A DNA stretch of 64,000 bases from the NCBI GenBank assembly GCA_902584915.1, contig CACIBQ010000001.1:659-64658 (forward strand). Reading direction: 5' to 3'. The notes under the pieces were generated by a model that searched no databases, was not told the DNA's origin, and was given only the letters and a program-made list of their open reading frames with translations. This document shows, piece by piece, positions 42,546 to 53,583 of the stretch. How positions within the stretch are numbered: position 1 is the first letter of the stretch; the number at the start of each line of letters is the position of its first letter. This DNA is from an uncultured Pelagibacteraceae bacterium (GTDB taxonomy: Bacteria; Pseudomonadota; Alphaproteobacteria; Pelagibacterales; Pelagibacteraceae). The position numbers and the translations under genes were made by a program.

Positions 42546-42712
42546 TTAAAGATAAGATATGAAACTATCATAACAGCTAAAACAATTATAGCCCAAATGG
42601 ATAAATTTGTTAAAAACTGCTTTAATTTTGAATTAGATCTAAGAAATGCAGGAAGAATTAATATCAAAACTGCAATTAAAGAAATTGTTGGAACGATCTC
42701 TTCTAGTCCCAT
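42542..42712 (-). CDS. Small two-TM membrane protein, 56 aa (not in ORF track)
   Basis: MGLEEIVPTISLIAVLILILPAFLRSNSKLKQFLTNLSIWAIIVLAVMIVSYLIFK*; starts 3 nt after the dnaJ stop; its TGA overlaps the dapB ATG. Confidence 0.8.
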   Translation of the reverse strand: MGLEEIVPTISLIAVLILILPAFLRSNSKLKQFLTNLSIWAIIVLAVMIVSYLIFK

Positions 42713-42715
42713 ATT

Positions 42716-43846
42716 TTAATTTTTCCAAAAACTTTTAGCCTTTTCAAAGAATTTTTTAATAGTGGGGTTAGATTTTTCATTTTCTATTTTTCTAAACTGT
42801 TCAAGCAATTCTTTTTGTTGTTTGTTTAGATTAATTGGAACTTCAGTATTTACCTGTACATAAAGATCTCCATAGCTACCACCTCTCATTAATGGCATAC
42901 CTTTTTCTTTTAATCTGAACTGCTTTCCTGATTGTGTACCCGATGGTATTTTAATTTTAGCTTTACTTCCATCTATTGTTGGAATTTCAATAGACGTTCC
43001 AAGAGCAGCATCTGCAATAGATATTGGAAATTCGAAGAAAAGATTTTCGTCTGACCTCTTAAATAGCTCATGAGAGTAAACATTTATAAATAAATATAAG
43101 TCTCCATTTCCTGCACCTCTAGATCCGGCTTCACCTTTGCCTGATAATCTAATTCGAGTACCATCATCCACACCTTTTGGAATTGTAACCGATAATCTTT
43201 TGGTTGCTTGTTTTTTACCTTGTCCTCCGCAACTTGTACAAGGATGAGTTATTTCTTCTCCTGCACCTCCACATTGAGGGCATGTTTGTTGTACAGTGAA
43301 GAATCCTTGACTTGATCTTACTTGTCCTCTTCCTCCACACATTGAACAAGAACCGGCATCATGGCCAGGCTTTGATCCACTTCCACTACATGTGTTACAT
43401 TTGTCTGATGTTGAAAATTTAATATCTTGCTTTTTTCCTTTATAAGCCTCTTCCAAAGTAATTGATAAATCATATCTTAAATCTGAACCTCTATAATTTG
43501 ATTTTCTTCCTCTTCTACTTCGTCCCCCACCGAAACCTTCTCCAAAAAAATCTTCAAAAATATCTGAAAAATTACTTGAAAAATCGAAATCAGAAAATCC
43601 ACCTCTTCCTCCACCAGAATTTTCAAACGCTGCATGTCCAAAGTTATCATAACTTTGTTTTCTCTCAGGATTAGACAAAACATGGTAAGCCTCAGACGCC
43701 TCTTTAAACTTGTCTTCAGCAGTTTTATCACCAGGATTTTTGTCAGGATGAAATTTTATAGCAAGTTTTCTATATGCTGTCTTAATTTGATCTATGTTAG
43801 ATGATTTGCTAACACCTAAAACGTCATAATAATCTCTTTTTGCCAT
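42716..43846 (-). CDS. dnaJ: Chaperone DnaJ
   Basis: J domain HPD, G/F region, four CxxCxGxG repeats. Confidence 0.99.
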   Translation of the reverse strand: MAKRDYYDVLGVSKSSNIDQIKTAYRKLAIKFHPDKNPGDKTAEDKFKEASEAYHVLSNPERKQSYDNFGHAAFENSGGGRGGFSDFDFSSNFSDIFEDFFGEGFGGGRSRRGRKSNYRGSDLRYDLSITLEEAYKGKKQDIKFSTSDKCNTCSGSGSKPGHDAGSCSMCGGRGQVRSSQGFFTVQQTCPQCGGAGEEITHPCTSCGGQGKKQATKRLSVTIPKGVDDGTRIRLSGKGEAGSRGAGNGDLYLFINVYSHELFKRSDENLFFEFPISIADAALGTSIEIPTIDGSKAKIKIPSGTQSGKQFRLKEKGMPLMRGGSYGDLYVQVNTEVPINLNKQQKELLEQFRKIENEKSNPTIKKFFEKAKSFWKN

Positions 43847-43872
43847 AATTTAATTATAGACAAATAGTTGTT

Positions 43873-45792
43873 TTAAGCGCTTTTCTCTTTATTTTCGTCT
43901 TTTACTTCTTCAAAATCAGCATCAACAACATTATCGTCTTTCTTTTCCTCTTTGTTAGAATTATCTTTGTCTTCAGGTTTAGCGCTTTGTTGAGATTTAT
44001 AAATTGCTTCACCTAATTTCATTGACGCCTGAACAAGGTCTTGTGTTTTTTTCTTAATTTCTTCTACATCAGTTCCTTTTAAAGCATTTCTTAAGTTAGA
44101 AGACGCATCTTCAATAACTTTTTTATCGGTATCTGAAACCTTAGATCCATGTTCTTTAAGGTTTTTTTCAGTTGAATGAATAAGTGTGTCTGCTTGATTT
44201 CTTGCATCTACAGCCTCTCTTTTTTTCTTATCAGCTTCTTTATTAGACTCAGCGTCTTTAACCATTTTATTTATTTCTTCATCACTCAATCCACCTGATG
44301 CTTGAATTTGTATTTTTTGTTCTTTTCCAGTTCCTTTATCTTTAGCAGAAACATTAACAATTCCGTTTGCATCAATATCAAATGTAACTTCAATTTGAGG
44401 CACACCTCTTGGAGCTGGTGCTATTCCAACAAGTTCAAAATTACCTAACAACTTATTATCCGTAGCCATTTCTCTTTCACCTTGAAGTACTCTTATCGAT
44501 ACAGCGGGTTGACTATCTTCTGCTGTTGAAAATACCTGGCTTTTCTTTGTTGGTATTGTTGTATTTTTATCTATTAATTTTGTTGATACTCCGCCCAAAG
44601 TCTCAATTCCAAGGGAGAGAGGTGTTACATCTAAGAGAAGTACATCTTTAACATCACCTTGTAGTACACCTGCTTGAATTGCTGCACCCATCGCAACAAC
44701 TTCATCGGGGTTAACTGATTTATTTGGATCTTTACCAAAGAAATTTTTAACTTCTTCAATTACTTTTGGCATTCTAGTCATACCACCAACTAATATCACT
44801 TCATGAATTTCACTTGCAGATAGACCAGCATCTTTTAAAGCTGTTTTACATGGAGGCAAGGTTCTTAAAATTAAATCTTCTACTAAAGCTTCTAGTTTAG
44901 CTCTAGTCATTTTTAAATTTATGTGTTTTGGTCCAGTTTTATCAGCTGTAATAAAAGGTAAATTTATTTCTGTTTGTGTTGCTGATGAAAGTTCTATCTT
45001 TGCTTTTTCAGCTGCTTCTTTGAGTCTTTGTAAAGCAAGCTTATCAGATTTTAAATCAATACCGCTTTCCTTTTTAAATTCGCTTAATAAATAATTTACA
45101 ATTGCATTATCAAAGTCTTCTCCTCCTAAAAAAGTATCTCCATTCGTAGATTTAACTTCAAATACACCATCTCCTAATTCTAGTATTGAAACATCAAAAG
45201 TTCCTCCACCTAAGTCATAAACTGCGATTTTTTTATTTGTTTTCTTATCTAGACCATATGCAAGAGAAGCGGCAGTTGGTTCATTAATAATTCTTAAAAC
45301 TTCAAGTCCAGCAATTTTACCAGCATCTTTAGTTGCTTGTCTTTGTGCATCGTTAAAATAAGCAGGCACTGTAATAACTGCCTTAGTTACTTCTTGACCT
45401 AAATACTTTTCTGCGGTCTCTTTCATTTTTTGAAGTACAAAAGCCGATATTTGAGAAGGTGAATATTTTTTACCTTTTGATTCTATCCAAGCATCATTAT
45501 TGTCTGATTTAATTATTTTAAATGGAACAGTCTCAATATCTTTTTTTACAGTAGGATCTTCAAAATTTCTTCCGACCAATCTTTTGACAGCAAAAATTGT
45601 ATTTTCAGGATTAGTTACAGCCTGTCTTTTTGCAGGTTGTCCAATTAACTTTTCATCTTCATCTGTAAATGCAACAACTGATGGAGTTGTTCTTGCTCCT
45701 TCTGTATTTTCTAATACTTTTGGTTGTGTCCCTTCCATAATAGCTACGCAAGAGTTTGTTGTTCCAAGGTCTATTCCAATTACTTTGCTCAT
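43873..45792 (-). CDS. dnaK: Chaperone DnaK
   Basis: [35 protein letters not shown]. Confidence 0.99.
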   Translation of the reverse strand: MSKVIGIDLGTTNSCVAIMEGTQPKVLENTEGARTTPSVVAFTDEDEKLIGQPAKRQAVTNPENTIFAVKRLVGRNFEDPTVKKDIETVPFKIIKSDNNDAWIESKGKKYSPSQISAFVLQKMKETAEKYLGQEVTKAVITVPAYFNDAQRQATKDAGKIAGLEVLRIINEPTAASLAYGLDKKTNKKIAVYDLGGGTFDVSILELGDGVFEVKSTNGDTFLGGEDFDNAIVNYLLSEFKKESGIDLKSDKLALQRLKEAAEKAKIELSSATQTEINLPFITADKTGPKHINLKMTRAKLEALVEDLILRTLPPCKTALKDAGLSASEIHEVILVGGMTRMPKVIEEVKNFFGKDPNKSVNPDEVVAMGAAIQAGVLQGDVKDVLLLDVTPLSLGIETLGGVSTKLIDKNTTIPTKKSQVFSTAEDSQPAVSIRVLQGEREMATDNKLLGNFELVGIAPAPRGVPQIEVTFDIDANGIVNVSAKDKGTGKEQKIQIQASGGLSDEEINKMVKDAESNKEADKKKREAVDARNQADTLIHSTEKNLKEHGSKVSDTDKKVIEDASSNLRNALKGTDVEEIKKKTQDLVQASMKLGEAIYKSQQSAKPEDKDNSNKEEKKDDNVVDADFEEVKDENKEKSA

Positions 45793-45810
45793 ATTTTTTT
45801 TCTCTCTTTC

Positions 45811-45838
45811 ATATATGTTTAATTTCTCTATCTACAAG
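45811..45838 (-). promoter_or_regulatory. Putative RpoH promoter of dnaK-dnaJ
   Basis: Minus strand CTTG-N17-CATATAT, resembling alphaproteobacterial sigma32 promoters. Confidence 0.6.
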
Positions 45839-45846
45839 TGATTTAC

Positions 45847-46479
45847 TCACTTTTTTTCATCATTTTTTTCCTTATTTTCCCTCAAATTTTGCTCTTTTTT
45901 TTCGACATTCTTAGAAACAGCCACTAAAGATGGTCTTAAAAGCCTGTTCTTCATCATAAATCCTTTTTGAATTTCTTGTATAATTATTCCACTATCTTTA
46001 TTTTCATCTTCAATTTCCATCATTGCTTGATGCAGGTTAGGATCAAGTTTTTTCCCTATGGAGTCTATTGGACTGATATTATTTTTTTTAAGTATAGTCA
46101 TCATATCTTTGTAAATAATGTCTAGGTGATTAATTATTTTTTTTAGAGCATCCGAATTTTTGATACTTTCATCTTTTTCTATAGTTATTTTTGATCTTTC
46201 TAAGTTATCAATTAAATTTAATGTTTCTTTAGCAAGAGAAAATCCACCATACTCAAATGCATCTTCTCTTTCTTTTTCATATCTTCTTCTTTGATTTTCC
46301 ATTTCTGCATATAGCCTAACAAGCTTTTCTTCCAATTCAGATACTTTGGTCTCCAGTGTTTGTTCTTCTTTATTTTCATTTTCTTGTTTAGTTTCTAATT
46401 CAGACTCAATTTTTTCTTCTTCCATAGATCCATCTTTTTTTTCAACATTTATCTGATCTTCTGTCTTTTCTTTTTCCAT
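45847..46479 (-). CDS. grpE: Nucleotide exchange factor GrpE
   Basis: AEMENQRRR, DNLER, DPNLHQAM, QKGF, RLLRPSLVAVSK. Confidence 0.97.
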   Translation of the reverse strand: MEKEKTEDQINVEKKDGSMEEEKIESELETKQENENKEEQTLETKVSELEEKLVRLYAEMENQRRRYEKEREDAFEYGGFSLAKETLNLIDNLERSKITIEKDESIKNSDALKKIINHLDIIYKDMMTILKKNNISPIDSIGKKLDPNLHQAMMEIEDENKDSGIIIQEIQKGFMMKNRLLRPSLVAVSKNVEKKEQNLRENKEKNDEKK

Positions 46480-46485
46480 GATCGG

Positions 46486-46514
46486 TATATGGTAAGAAAA
46501 TTCACAATTTCCAG
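46486..46514 (-). promoter_or_regulatory. Putative RpoH promoter of grpE
   Basis: Minus strand CTGGAA-N16-CCATATA, 6 nt before the ATG. Confidence 0.5.
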
Positions 46515-47114
46515 ATGTATTATAAAAAAATAAAAAAATTGATTATAGGCACAAATAACCAAGGAAAAGTAAGGGAAATTAAGAATTTACTACCTGAACA
46601 CATTGTCCTAGATACTCCGAAAAACCTTAATATAAAGAGCCCAAGGGAAATTGGTTCTTCATTTTTAGAAAATTCATTAATTAAAGCTAAATACTTTTCA
46701 AGAAAAGCCAAAGAAATTTGTCTTGCAGATGACTCCGGTTTAGAAATAGATATTTTAGGAAAATTACCAGGCATATATTCAGCTAGATGGGCTGGCAAAA
46801 AATCAAATTTTAAATTAGCCATTAAAAAAGTTTATAAAGAACTAAGTAAAAATGATGTAAATTGGAAAAATAAAATTAAATGCAGGTTTGTTTGTGCTCT
46901 AACTATTTATTGGCCGAATAAAAAGTTTTATCAATCTGAAGGAGTAGTAGAGGGTATAATATCTAAAAAACCAAATGGTAATAATGGTTTTGGATATGAT
47001 CCAATATTTATACCAAAAGGTTATAAAAAAACTTTTGGAGAAATGTCATTTAAAAAAAAATTTAAGATAGATCATAGATACAAAGCATTTAAAAAAATTA
47101 AAAAATTTTTCTAA
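46515..47114 (+). CDS. rdgB: Non-canonical purine NTP pyrophosphatase
   Basis: TNNQGK, ENSLIKA, ADDSGL, PGIYSARW, GFGYDPIF, DHR. Confidence 0.95.
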   Translation: MYYKKIKKLIIGTNNQGKVREIKNLLPEHIVLDTPKNLNIKSPREIGSSFLENSLIKAKYFSRKAKEICLADDSGLEIDILGKLPGIYSARWAGKKSNFKLAIKKVYKELSKNDVNWKNKIKCRFVCALTIYWPNKKFYQSEGVVEGIISKKPNGNNGFGYDPIFIPKGYKKTFGEMSFKKKFKIDHRYKAFKKIKKFF

Positions 47115-48249
47115 TATCTTTATTTTCAATTACATAAAAATTTAATTGATGAGTGATTATATTTTTATTTATTTCAAAAATACCAATTTTTCCTTTAAAT
47201 ATATTTTTTTTATAAAAAATTTTATTATCTACAATAAAATTATTTTTATATAGTAAATAATAAACTAAACCTATTACATCGTAGCTTAAAAAAGCTATTT
47301 GATTTGAATTTTTCAAATAATTATTTTTATACTTGCTCAAATAATTCATGTAATTTTTATAGTTTACCGATGGAAAATAAATAGGCTGCATCATGTTTTC
47401 ATTCAATAAGCTTTTATCAAACCATTGATTTAATGTTATATAAGTTATTCTCGTGGGTGGTATATCTGTATAAATTAAAGATGTTGCAACACTTTTTAAA
47501 GCTTCCTCAAAATCAGCTATAATAACAGAATCAAAATTAATTCCACCTATTGTATCAAGTGTTTCTAAATGAGCTATTTTTTTTTCCTTATTTATCTCAT
47601 CAGAATTTTTAACTCTATTAATTTCATCTAATAAATTTTGTTTTCTTATTCTATATCTTGTTACATCTTCTATTTGTTTTGTAATTTTGGTTGGGTCTTG
47701 ATCATAAAAGAATTTATCTTTAAGTTTAATTTTAGATTTTTTTACTCCAACATTTATTTCTTCAATAATATTGTTATTAGGAGCCAAAAGGAAGCTTCTT
47801 TCAATTTCTTTTAAAGATTGAAATTTTTTTATAGCTTTAAACTGAGAAATAGAGTTGACGCCTGCACTTATAACATTTTTTTTAGTTTTACTAATTTTAT
47901 TTGTAAAAGATAAGAAGATTAAGTCATCATTCAAATTATCTAATTTCACTGCATTTTTTTTAAATATTGGTCCAATTATAATTTTTACTCCTTCATTATA
48001 TAACTCTTCTGAGACCTCTAAAGTTTTATCCGGATTACTTTGATTATCTTTTGGTAGAATAATAATTTTATTATCATTTATATCATTTACAGCAAGTCTA
48101 ACAGATTTTAAGATACTTTCTCCAAGATCCTTATTTTCTCCAGACAAAGGTATGACTAGTCCAATTTTAATTTTATTATTTGCAGATGCATTAGATATAA
48201 AAAATATTATAAATAATGGTAATATTAAAAATTTAATTAGATATTTCAT
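47098..48249 (-). CDS. LppC/penicillin-binding-protein-activator-like periplasmic binding fold protein
   Basis: Signal peptide, KIGLVIPLSG, IIIGPIF, LSYD, FKGKIGIF; divergent from rsmI. Confidence 0.8.
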   Translation of the reverse strand: MKYLIKFLILPLFIIFFISNASANNKIKIGLVIPLSGENKDLGESILKSVRLAVNDINDNKIIILPKDNQSNPDKTLEVSEELYNEGVKIIIGPIFKKNAVKLDNLNDDLIFLSFTNKISKTKKNVISAGVNSISQFKAIKKFQSLKEIERSFLLAPNNNIIEEINVGVKKSKIKLKDKFFYDQDPTKITKQIEDVTRYRIRKQNLLDEINRVKNSDEINKEKKIAHLETLDTIGGINFDSVIIADFEEALKSVATSLIYTDIPPTRITYITLNQWFDKSLLNENMMQPIYFPSVNYKNYMNYLSKYKNNYLKNSNQIAFLSYDVIGLVYYLLYKNNFIVDNKIFYKKNIFKGKIGIFEINKNIITHQLNFYVIENKDIRKIF

Positions 48250-48276
48250 TTTATTATAAATATTATAGCGTACGAT

Positions 48277-49131
48277 ATGACACTTAAAGAAGACAAAAAT
48301 AAGATTAAAAGTGGTTTATATATAGTATCCACTCCAATAGGCAATCTTAGAGATATAACTTTGAGGGCGCTGGATATATTAAAAAAATCTAATATTATAT
48401 TGTGTGAAGATACAAGAGTTTCTAAAAAATTATTATCTCATTACGAAATTCAGACAAAATTAATTTCCAACTACAAATTTAATGAAAAAAAAAATTTAGA
48501 GAAAGTCATAAATATTATAAATCAAGGAAAGATTGTATCTTTAATTTCTGATGCTGGAACTCCGGCCATTTCTGATCCTGGAAAATTGTTAATAAATAGA
48601 TGTATAGAAGAAAACATTTTAATTGTACCGATTCCAGGACCTTCCGCTGTAACAGCATCAATTTCTGTCTCAAACTTTTCAGACCAATTTTATTTTCACG
48701 GATTTTTGTCTGATAAAATTAATTCTATTAGAAAGGAATTTGAAATTTTTAAAAATTTAAAGTGCTCAATAGTTTTTTTTATATCGGCACAAAAATTAAA
48801 AAAAAAATTTGAAGTTTTAAAAGAATTTTTTTCTGATAGAGAGATATTAATTTGTAGAGAAATTACAAAAATTCACGAAAGTTTTTATAGGGGTAAAGTA
48901 TCTGAAATTGACAATTTTCAATTTAATCCTAAAGGAGAAGTAACAGTAATAATTTCAGAAAAATATAATGAAAAATTAAAAGTTAATTTAGACGAATCAG
49001 ACAAAGAAAAAATTAAAAAATTAATTTTAAATAAAAGTATTAAAGATATAGTCAGCATAATTTCAGAAGAAAAAAATATTTCAAAAACAAAAATTTACAA
49101 TTATTGTCTTCAAATCAAGAATGAAATATAA
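48277..49131 (+). CDS. rsmI: 16S rRNA C1402 2'-O-methyltransferase
   Basis: LYIVSTPIGNLRDIT, CEDTR, SDAGTPAISDPG, REITKIHE, KGE. Confidence 0.97.
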   Translation: MTLKEDKNKIKSGLYIVSTPIGNLRDITLRALDILKKSNIILCEDTRVSKKLLSHYEIQTKLISNYKFNEKKNLEKVINIINQGKIVSLISDAGTPAISDPGKLLINRCIEENILIVPIPGPSAVTASISVSNFSDQFYFHGFLSDKINSIRKEFEIFKNLKCSIVFFISAQKLKKKFEVLKEFFSDREILICREITKIHESFYRGKVSEIDNFQFNPKGEVTVIISEKYNEKLKVNLDESDKEKIKKLILNKSIKDIVSIISEEKNISKTKIYNYCLQIKNEI

Positions 49132-49714
49132 ATTTTTAAAACCTTTAATTATTCTTATTTTTTTAACATCTTGCGTAGGAACATCTTCAACTGGAATTTT
49201 TGGAACTGGAGTTACTATAGCGATGGATCCAAGAACTTTAGGTACACAAATAGATGACTCTATTATGGATAAAAGTTTAGATGCTAAACTCTTATCAACT
49301 AACAAAAATTATTTTTTAAACGTAAAAACAAAAATAATTGATGGCAGAATCTTCATTACAGGTAAAGTTGATAAAATAGAAGAGAAGTTAAATATAACTA
49401 AAATGGCGTGGGAAACTAAAGGAGCTAGATCTGTTAAAAATGATTTAAAAATTAAAAATGAATTTAATTTTAAACAATCTGCAAAAGATTTACTTATTAC
49501 ATCTCAACTTAGATCAGCACTTATATTCAACAAAAAAACTAAAGCAGTAAATTACAACATTGATACATACAAAAAGAAAATTTATATTTATGGAATAGCA
49601 GAGACAACCGAAGAAAGAGATCAAGTAATTGATGAGGCTAAACAAATTTTAGATGTTGAAGATGTAATTTCAAGTATTTTACTAGTTGAAGATTTAAGAA
49701 TTCAAAAAAATTAA
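49121..49714 (+). CDS. Double BON-domain lipoprotein
   Basis: Lipobox LTSC, DPRTLGTQIDD, two BON repeats; follows rsmI. Confidence 0.9.
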   Translation: MKYKFLKPLIILIFLTSCVGTSSTGIFGTGVTIAMDPRTLGTQIDDSIMDKSLDAKLLSTNKNYFLNVKTKIIDGRIFITGKVDKIEEKLNITKMAWETKGARSVKNDLKIKNEFNFKQSAKDLLITSQLRSALIFNKKTKAVNYNIDTYKKKIYIYGIAETTEERDQVIDEAKQILDVEDVISSILLVEDLRIQKN

Positions 49715-51999
49715 TTTTTTTTATTATAGTCTATAACCCCAGCTGAATAAGCAGCAACTGATGCTAAATTTAAAATATCCGAAGTAGACGATCTTAATGG
49801 AGCAATTTCTATAGCCTGTCCTAAACCAACAAGTAAAGGACCAATAACCTTAGCTTCACCGAGAGTCTTCATTATCTTATATGTTATCGCGGCGCTATGT
49901 TGACCTGGCATAATCAAAACATTTGCATTACCAACTATTTCTGAAAAAGGATAAAGTTCTTTATATATATCATCAAGAGCAACATCAGGCTGCATATCTC
50001 CATCAAATTTAAAATCTACATCTTTGTTTTTTAATATTTTTACTGCATCTCTAATATGTTTCGTTCTACTTGTAATTGGTTGCCCAAAAGTTGAATGAGA
50101 TAAAAATGCAATTTTTGGATCAAAACCAAAAAGTCTTACAACTCTAGCTGAAGATATAGCAATTTCTGCTAATTGAATTGAAGAAGGGTATTCGTGAACT
50201 GTGGTATCAGCAATGAATACTGTTCTTCCTTTATTTACTACCATGTTTAGTCCAAACATAATTTCACCTGGTCTTGGATCAATAACTCTTTTGATTTTTT
50301 GAAGTGATTGAGAATATCTTCTTGTATTTCCAGTAACCATAGCGTCTGCATCACCACAAGCAACCATGCATGATCCCCAAACAACCCTATCATTTCTGAC
50401 CATCCTATCACAATCTCTTTCTAGAAGTCCTTGATCTCTATGTAATTTTTTAAATATGTATTTTGAATATTTTTCTCTTTTCTCTTTTATTGTAGAATTT
50501 ACTATTTCAATATTAAAATTTTCACTGTATCCGATTTCTTTTAGTCTCTGCTTAACAACTTTTTCTTTTGCTACAATTATCGGAATACCCAACCCGCTAT
50601 TTTTGAATGCAATAGCAGCTTTAAGTGTATTTTCATCCTCACCATCTACAAAAACAACTCTTTTTTGTGATTTTTTAATTTGTGAGTTGATTCCTTGCAT
50701 TATAGTCACTGAAGGGTCTAATCTTTGCTTTAACTGTTCAGAATAAACATCAAAATTTTTAATTTCTTTTCGAGCAACACCACTCTTAATTGCTGCTTTA
50801 GCTACAGCAACTGGAATAACACTAATTAGTCTTGGGTCAAATGTTGATGGTATTATATAATCCTTTCCATATTTTGGTCTTTCACCTCCCATTGCAGCAA
50901 CTACTTCATCAGGAACTCTTTCTCTTGCTAATGTAGCTATTGCATTAGATGCAGCTATTTTCATCTCTTCATTAATAGTTTTTGCTCTAACATCTAAGGC
51001 TCCTCTAAAAATATAGGGGAAACCAATTAAATTATTTACTTGATTTGGATAATCAGATCTACCAGTAGCAATTATTGCATCACTTCTAACTTGTTCAACT
51101 TCTTCTGGAGTTATTTCTGGGTCTGGATTAGCACAGGCAAAAACAATTGGATTTTTTGACATTTTTTTAACCATCTCTTTTTTTAATGTTCCAGCTTTAG
51201 ATAATCCTAAAAAAACATCAGCGTCTTTAATTGCTTCTTCTAGTGATCTTGATTTTGTTTCTATAGCATGTAATGATTTCCATTTACTTAAATTTTTTCT
51301 ACCTTTGTAAATAACTCCTTTACTATCTAGCATTGTAATATTTTTTTGAGAAACACCCTGATTTTTAAATAAATTTGCACATGCCATAGCTGATGCACCA
51401 GCACCATTAATTACAACTTTTATTTTTTTAATATTTCTTTTAGTTATGTCTATTGCATTAATCAATGCTGCTGTGGTAATTATAGCAGTTCCATGTTGAT
51501 CATCATGAAAGACAGGAATATCCAAAATTTCTTTTAGTTTTTTTTCAATTATAAAACATTCAGGCGCTGCTATGTCTTCTAAATTAATTCCACCAAAACT
51601 TTTTGAAAAGTTTTTTATTGAATTAATTATTTCTTCTGGATCATTTGAGTCTATTTCAAGATCAATAGAATCAATATCGGCAAATCTTTTAAACAAAACA
51701 GCCTTACCTTCCATTACTGGCTTCGAGGCTATTGCACCAAGATTGCCAAGTCCTAGAATAGCAGATCCATTACTTATGACTGCCACAAGGTTCCCTTTAG
51801 TAGTATAATCGTAAGCGAGATCAGGATTTTTATAAATTGCTTTAACAGGAGCCGCAACTCCTGGAGAATATGCTAAAGCAAGATCTCTTTTAGTTGTCAT
51901 CGGTTTTGATGAGATTATCTCAATCTTGCCAGATTTATTTGAATTATGAAATTCTAATGCTTCTTTATCTGAATAATGTTCGATTTTATTTTTTTTCAT
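49711..51999 (-). CDS. maeB: NADP-dependent malic enzyme with PTA-like C-terminal domain
   Basis: LAYSPGVA, KPVMEGK, INLEDI, HDDQHGT, GAGAS, TGRSDYPNQVNN; C-terminal ADAMVTG, FLSHSTFG. Confidence 0.97.
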   Translation of the reverse strand: MKKNKIEHYSDKEALEFHNSNKSGKIEIISSKPMTTKRDLALAYSPGVAAPVKAIYKNPDLAYDYTTKGNLVAVISNGSAILGLGNLGAIASKPVMEGKAVLFKRFADIDSIDLEIDSNDPEEIINSIKNFSKSFGGINLEDIAAPECFIIEKKLKEILDIPVFHDDQHGTAIITTAALINAIDITKRNIKKIKVVINGAGASAMACANLFKNQGVSQKNITMLDSKGVIYKGRKNLSKWKSLHAIETKSRSLEEAIKDADVFLGLSKAGTLKKEMVKKMSKNPIVFACANPDPEITPEEVEQVRSDAIIATGRSDYPNQVNNLIGFPYIFRGALDVRAKTINEEMKIAASNAIATLARERVPDEVVAAMGGERPKYGKDYIIPSTFDPRLISVIPVAVAKAAIKSGVARKEIKNFDVYSEQLKQRLDPSVTIMQGINSQIKKSQKRVVFVDGEDENTLKAAIAFKNSGLGIPIIVAKEKVVKQRLKEIGYSENFNIEIVNSTIKEKREKYSKYIFKKLHRDQGLLERDCDRMVRNDRVVWGSCMVACGDADAMVTGNTRRYSQSLQKIKRVIDPRPGEIMFGLNMVVNKGRTVFIADTTVHEYPSSIQLAEIAISSARVVRLFGFDPKIAFLSHSTFGQPITSRTKHIRDAVKILKNKDVDFKFDGDMQPDVALDDIYKELYPFSEIVGNANVLIMPGQHSAAITYKIMKTLGEAKVIGPLLVGLGQAIEIAPLRSSTSDILNLASVAAYSAGVIDYNKKN

Positions 52000-52049
52000 T
52001 TGATTTAATTAGATATACAAATAGAGCTAAATTAAGACTAATATGATTT

Positions 52050-53579
52050 ATGAACTTAATTAAGTCAACAGGTACATTTAGTATCTTTGTTATAATCAGC
52101 AGGGTTCTCGGTTATTTAAGAGATGTTCTAATTGCAATTTACTTAGGATCAGGGCCAATCGCTGATGCTTTTTTTGTAGCTTTCAGAATACCAAGTACTT
52201 TTAGGAGACTTTTTGCAGAAGGATCTTTTAATGCTGCATTTGTACCGAGTTATTCATCGGAATTAACTAAAGGAAAAAATAAAGCTAAAAATTTTGCAAA
52301 CGATGTTTTTAATTTTTTAATGTTAGGATTACTTATATTGGTAATACTTGTTGAAATTCTTATGCCTGGTTTTGTTTTTTTAATTGCGCCAGGTTTTTAT
52401 GAAGATCAAAGCAAACTAGAATTAACAACACTATTAACACGTATCACATTTCCTTTTTTGCTTTTTATTAGCCTAGCGTCTTTCTTTTCTGCAATTTTAA
52501 ACTCTCATAATAAGTTTGGTGTTGCGGCCGCTGCCCCAATAATTTTGAATTTTATTTTAATTTTGATAATTTTTTTGGAAAAAAATTCAGATGATAATCT
52601 TGTAATATATTTATCTTATGGTGTATCAATAGCAGGTTTAATACAACTAATTTTTGTTTACTTTTTTGCCAAGAAATATTTTTTTCCAAAATTAAATTTA
52701 AAATTTAAAATTACAAAAAAAATAAAAATTTTTTTTAACAAATTTTTACCTGGTATTTTTTCTTCTGGAGTTACTCAAATAAATATTCTTGTTGGAACAA
52801 TTATTGCCTCATTTCAAGCAAGTGCTGTCTCATATCTTTATTATGCTGATAGAATATACCAAATAAATCTTGCTATTGCTGGGATTGCGATTGGAACGGT
52901 TATACTACCAAGTCTAAGTAAATACATAAAAACCAAAAACAGAGAAAAAATAAATTTTATTCAAAATAAATCTTTCGAATTATGTCTATTTTTAAGTTTG
53001 CCAGCTTCTCTTGCATTAATAGTTGGATCAGAACAAATCACATCTGCTTTATTTGGCTATGGTGCTTTCGATATCATTAGTGTTAAAAATTCAGCTGAAG
53101 CACTATTCTATTTTGCATTAGGATTACCAGCATTTGCGATTATAAAAGTTTTTTCAACTTTTTTATTTGCTAGACATAATACAAAATCTCCATTTTATTT
53201 TTCTCTAATTTCAGTAATAATAAATATTTCAATAAGTATTCTTTTTTTTGAAAGAATTGGCTTTATTATAATACCTATAGCAACAACAATATCTTCTTGG
53301 ATAAATGCCTTTTTATTATTCTTAAAATTGTCAAAAAATGATTATTTTAATTTAAAAAATATTTTAATTATTTCAAATTTAAAAATAATTTTAGTATCAA
53401 TTATCTCAACATATTTATTCTACATGTTTATAAATTTTTTCGAGGAATATTTGGCTTATAATAGCGAATTGAAATTATTTACTATAATTTCATTAGTTGT
53501 TATTACTATTATAATTTATATTTTGATATCATTATTAACAAAAACTTTTAAATATTCTGATATTAAATTAAAGTATTAA
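52050..53579 (+). CDS. murJ: Lipid II flippase MurJ
   Basis: [37 protein letters not shown]. Confidence 0.97.
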   Translation: MNLIKSTGTFSIFVIISRVLGYLRDVLIAIYLGSGPIADAFFVAFRIPSTFRRLFAEGSFNAAFVPSYSSELTKGKNKAKNFANDVFNFLMLGLLILVILVEILMPGFVFLIAPGFYEDQSKLELTTLLTRITFPFLLFISLASFFSAILNSHNKFGVAAAAPIILNFILILIIFLEKNSDDNLVIYLSYGVSIAGLIQLIFVYFFAKKYFFPKLNLKFKITKKIKIFFNKFLPGIFSSGVTQINILVGTIIASFQASAVSYLYYADRIYQINLAIAGIAIGTVILPSLSKYIKTKNREKINFIQNKSFELCLFLSLPASLALIVGSEQITSALFGYGAFDIISVKNSAEALFYFALGLPAFAIIKVFSTFLFARHNTKSPFYFSLISVIINISISILFFERIGFIIIPIATTISSWINAFLLFLKLSKNDYFNLKNILIISNLKIILVSIISTYLFYMFINFFEEYLAYNSELKLFTIISLVVITIIIYILISLLTKTFKYSDIKLKY

Positions 53580-53583
53580 ATAT

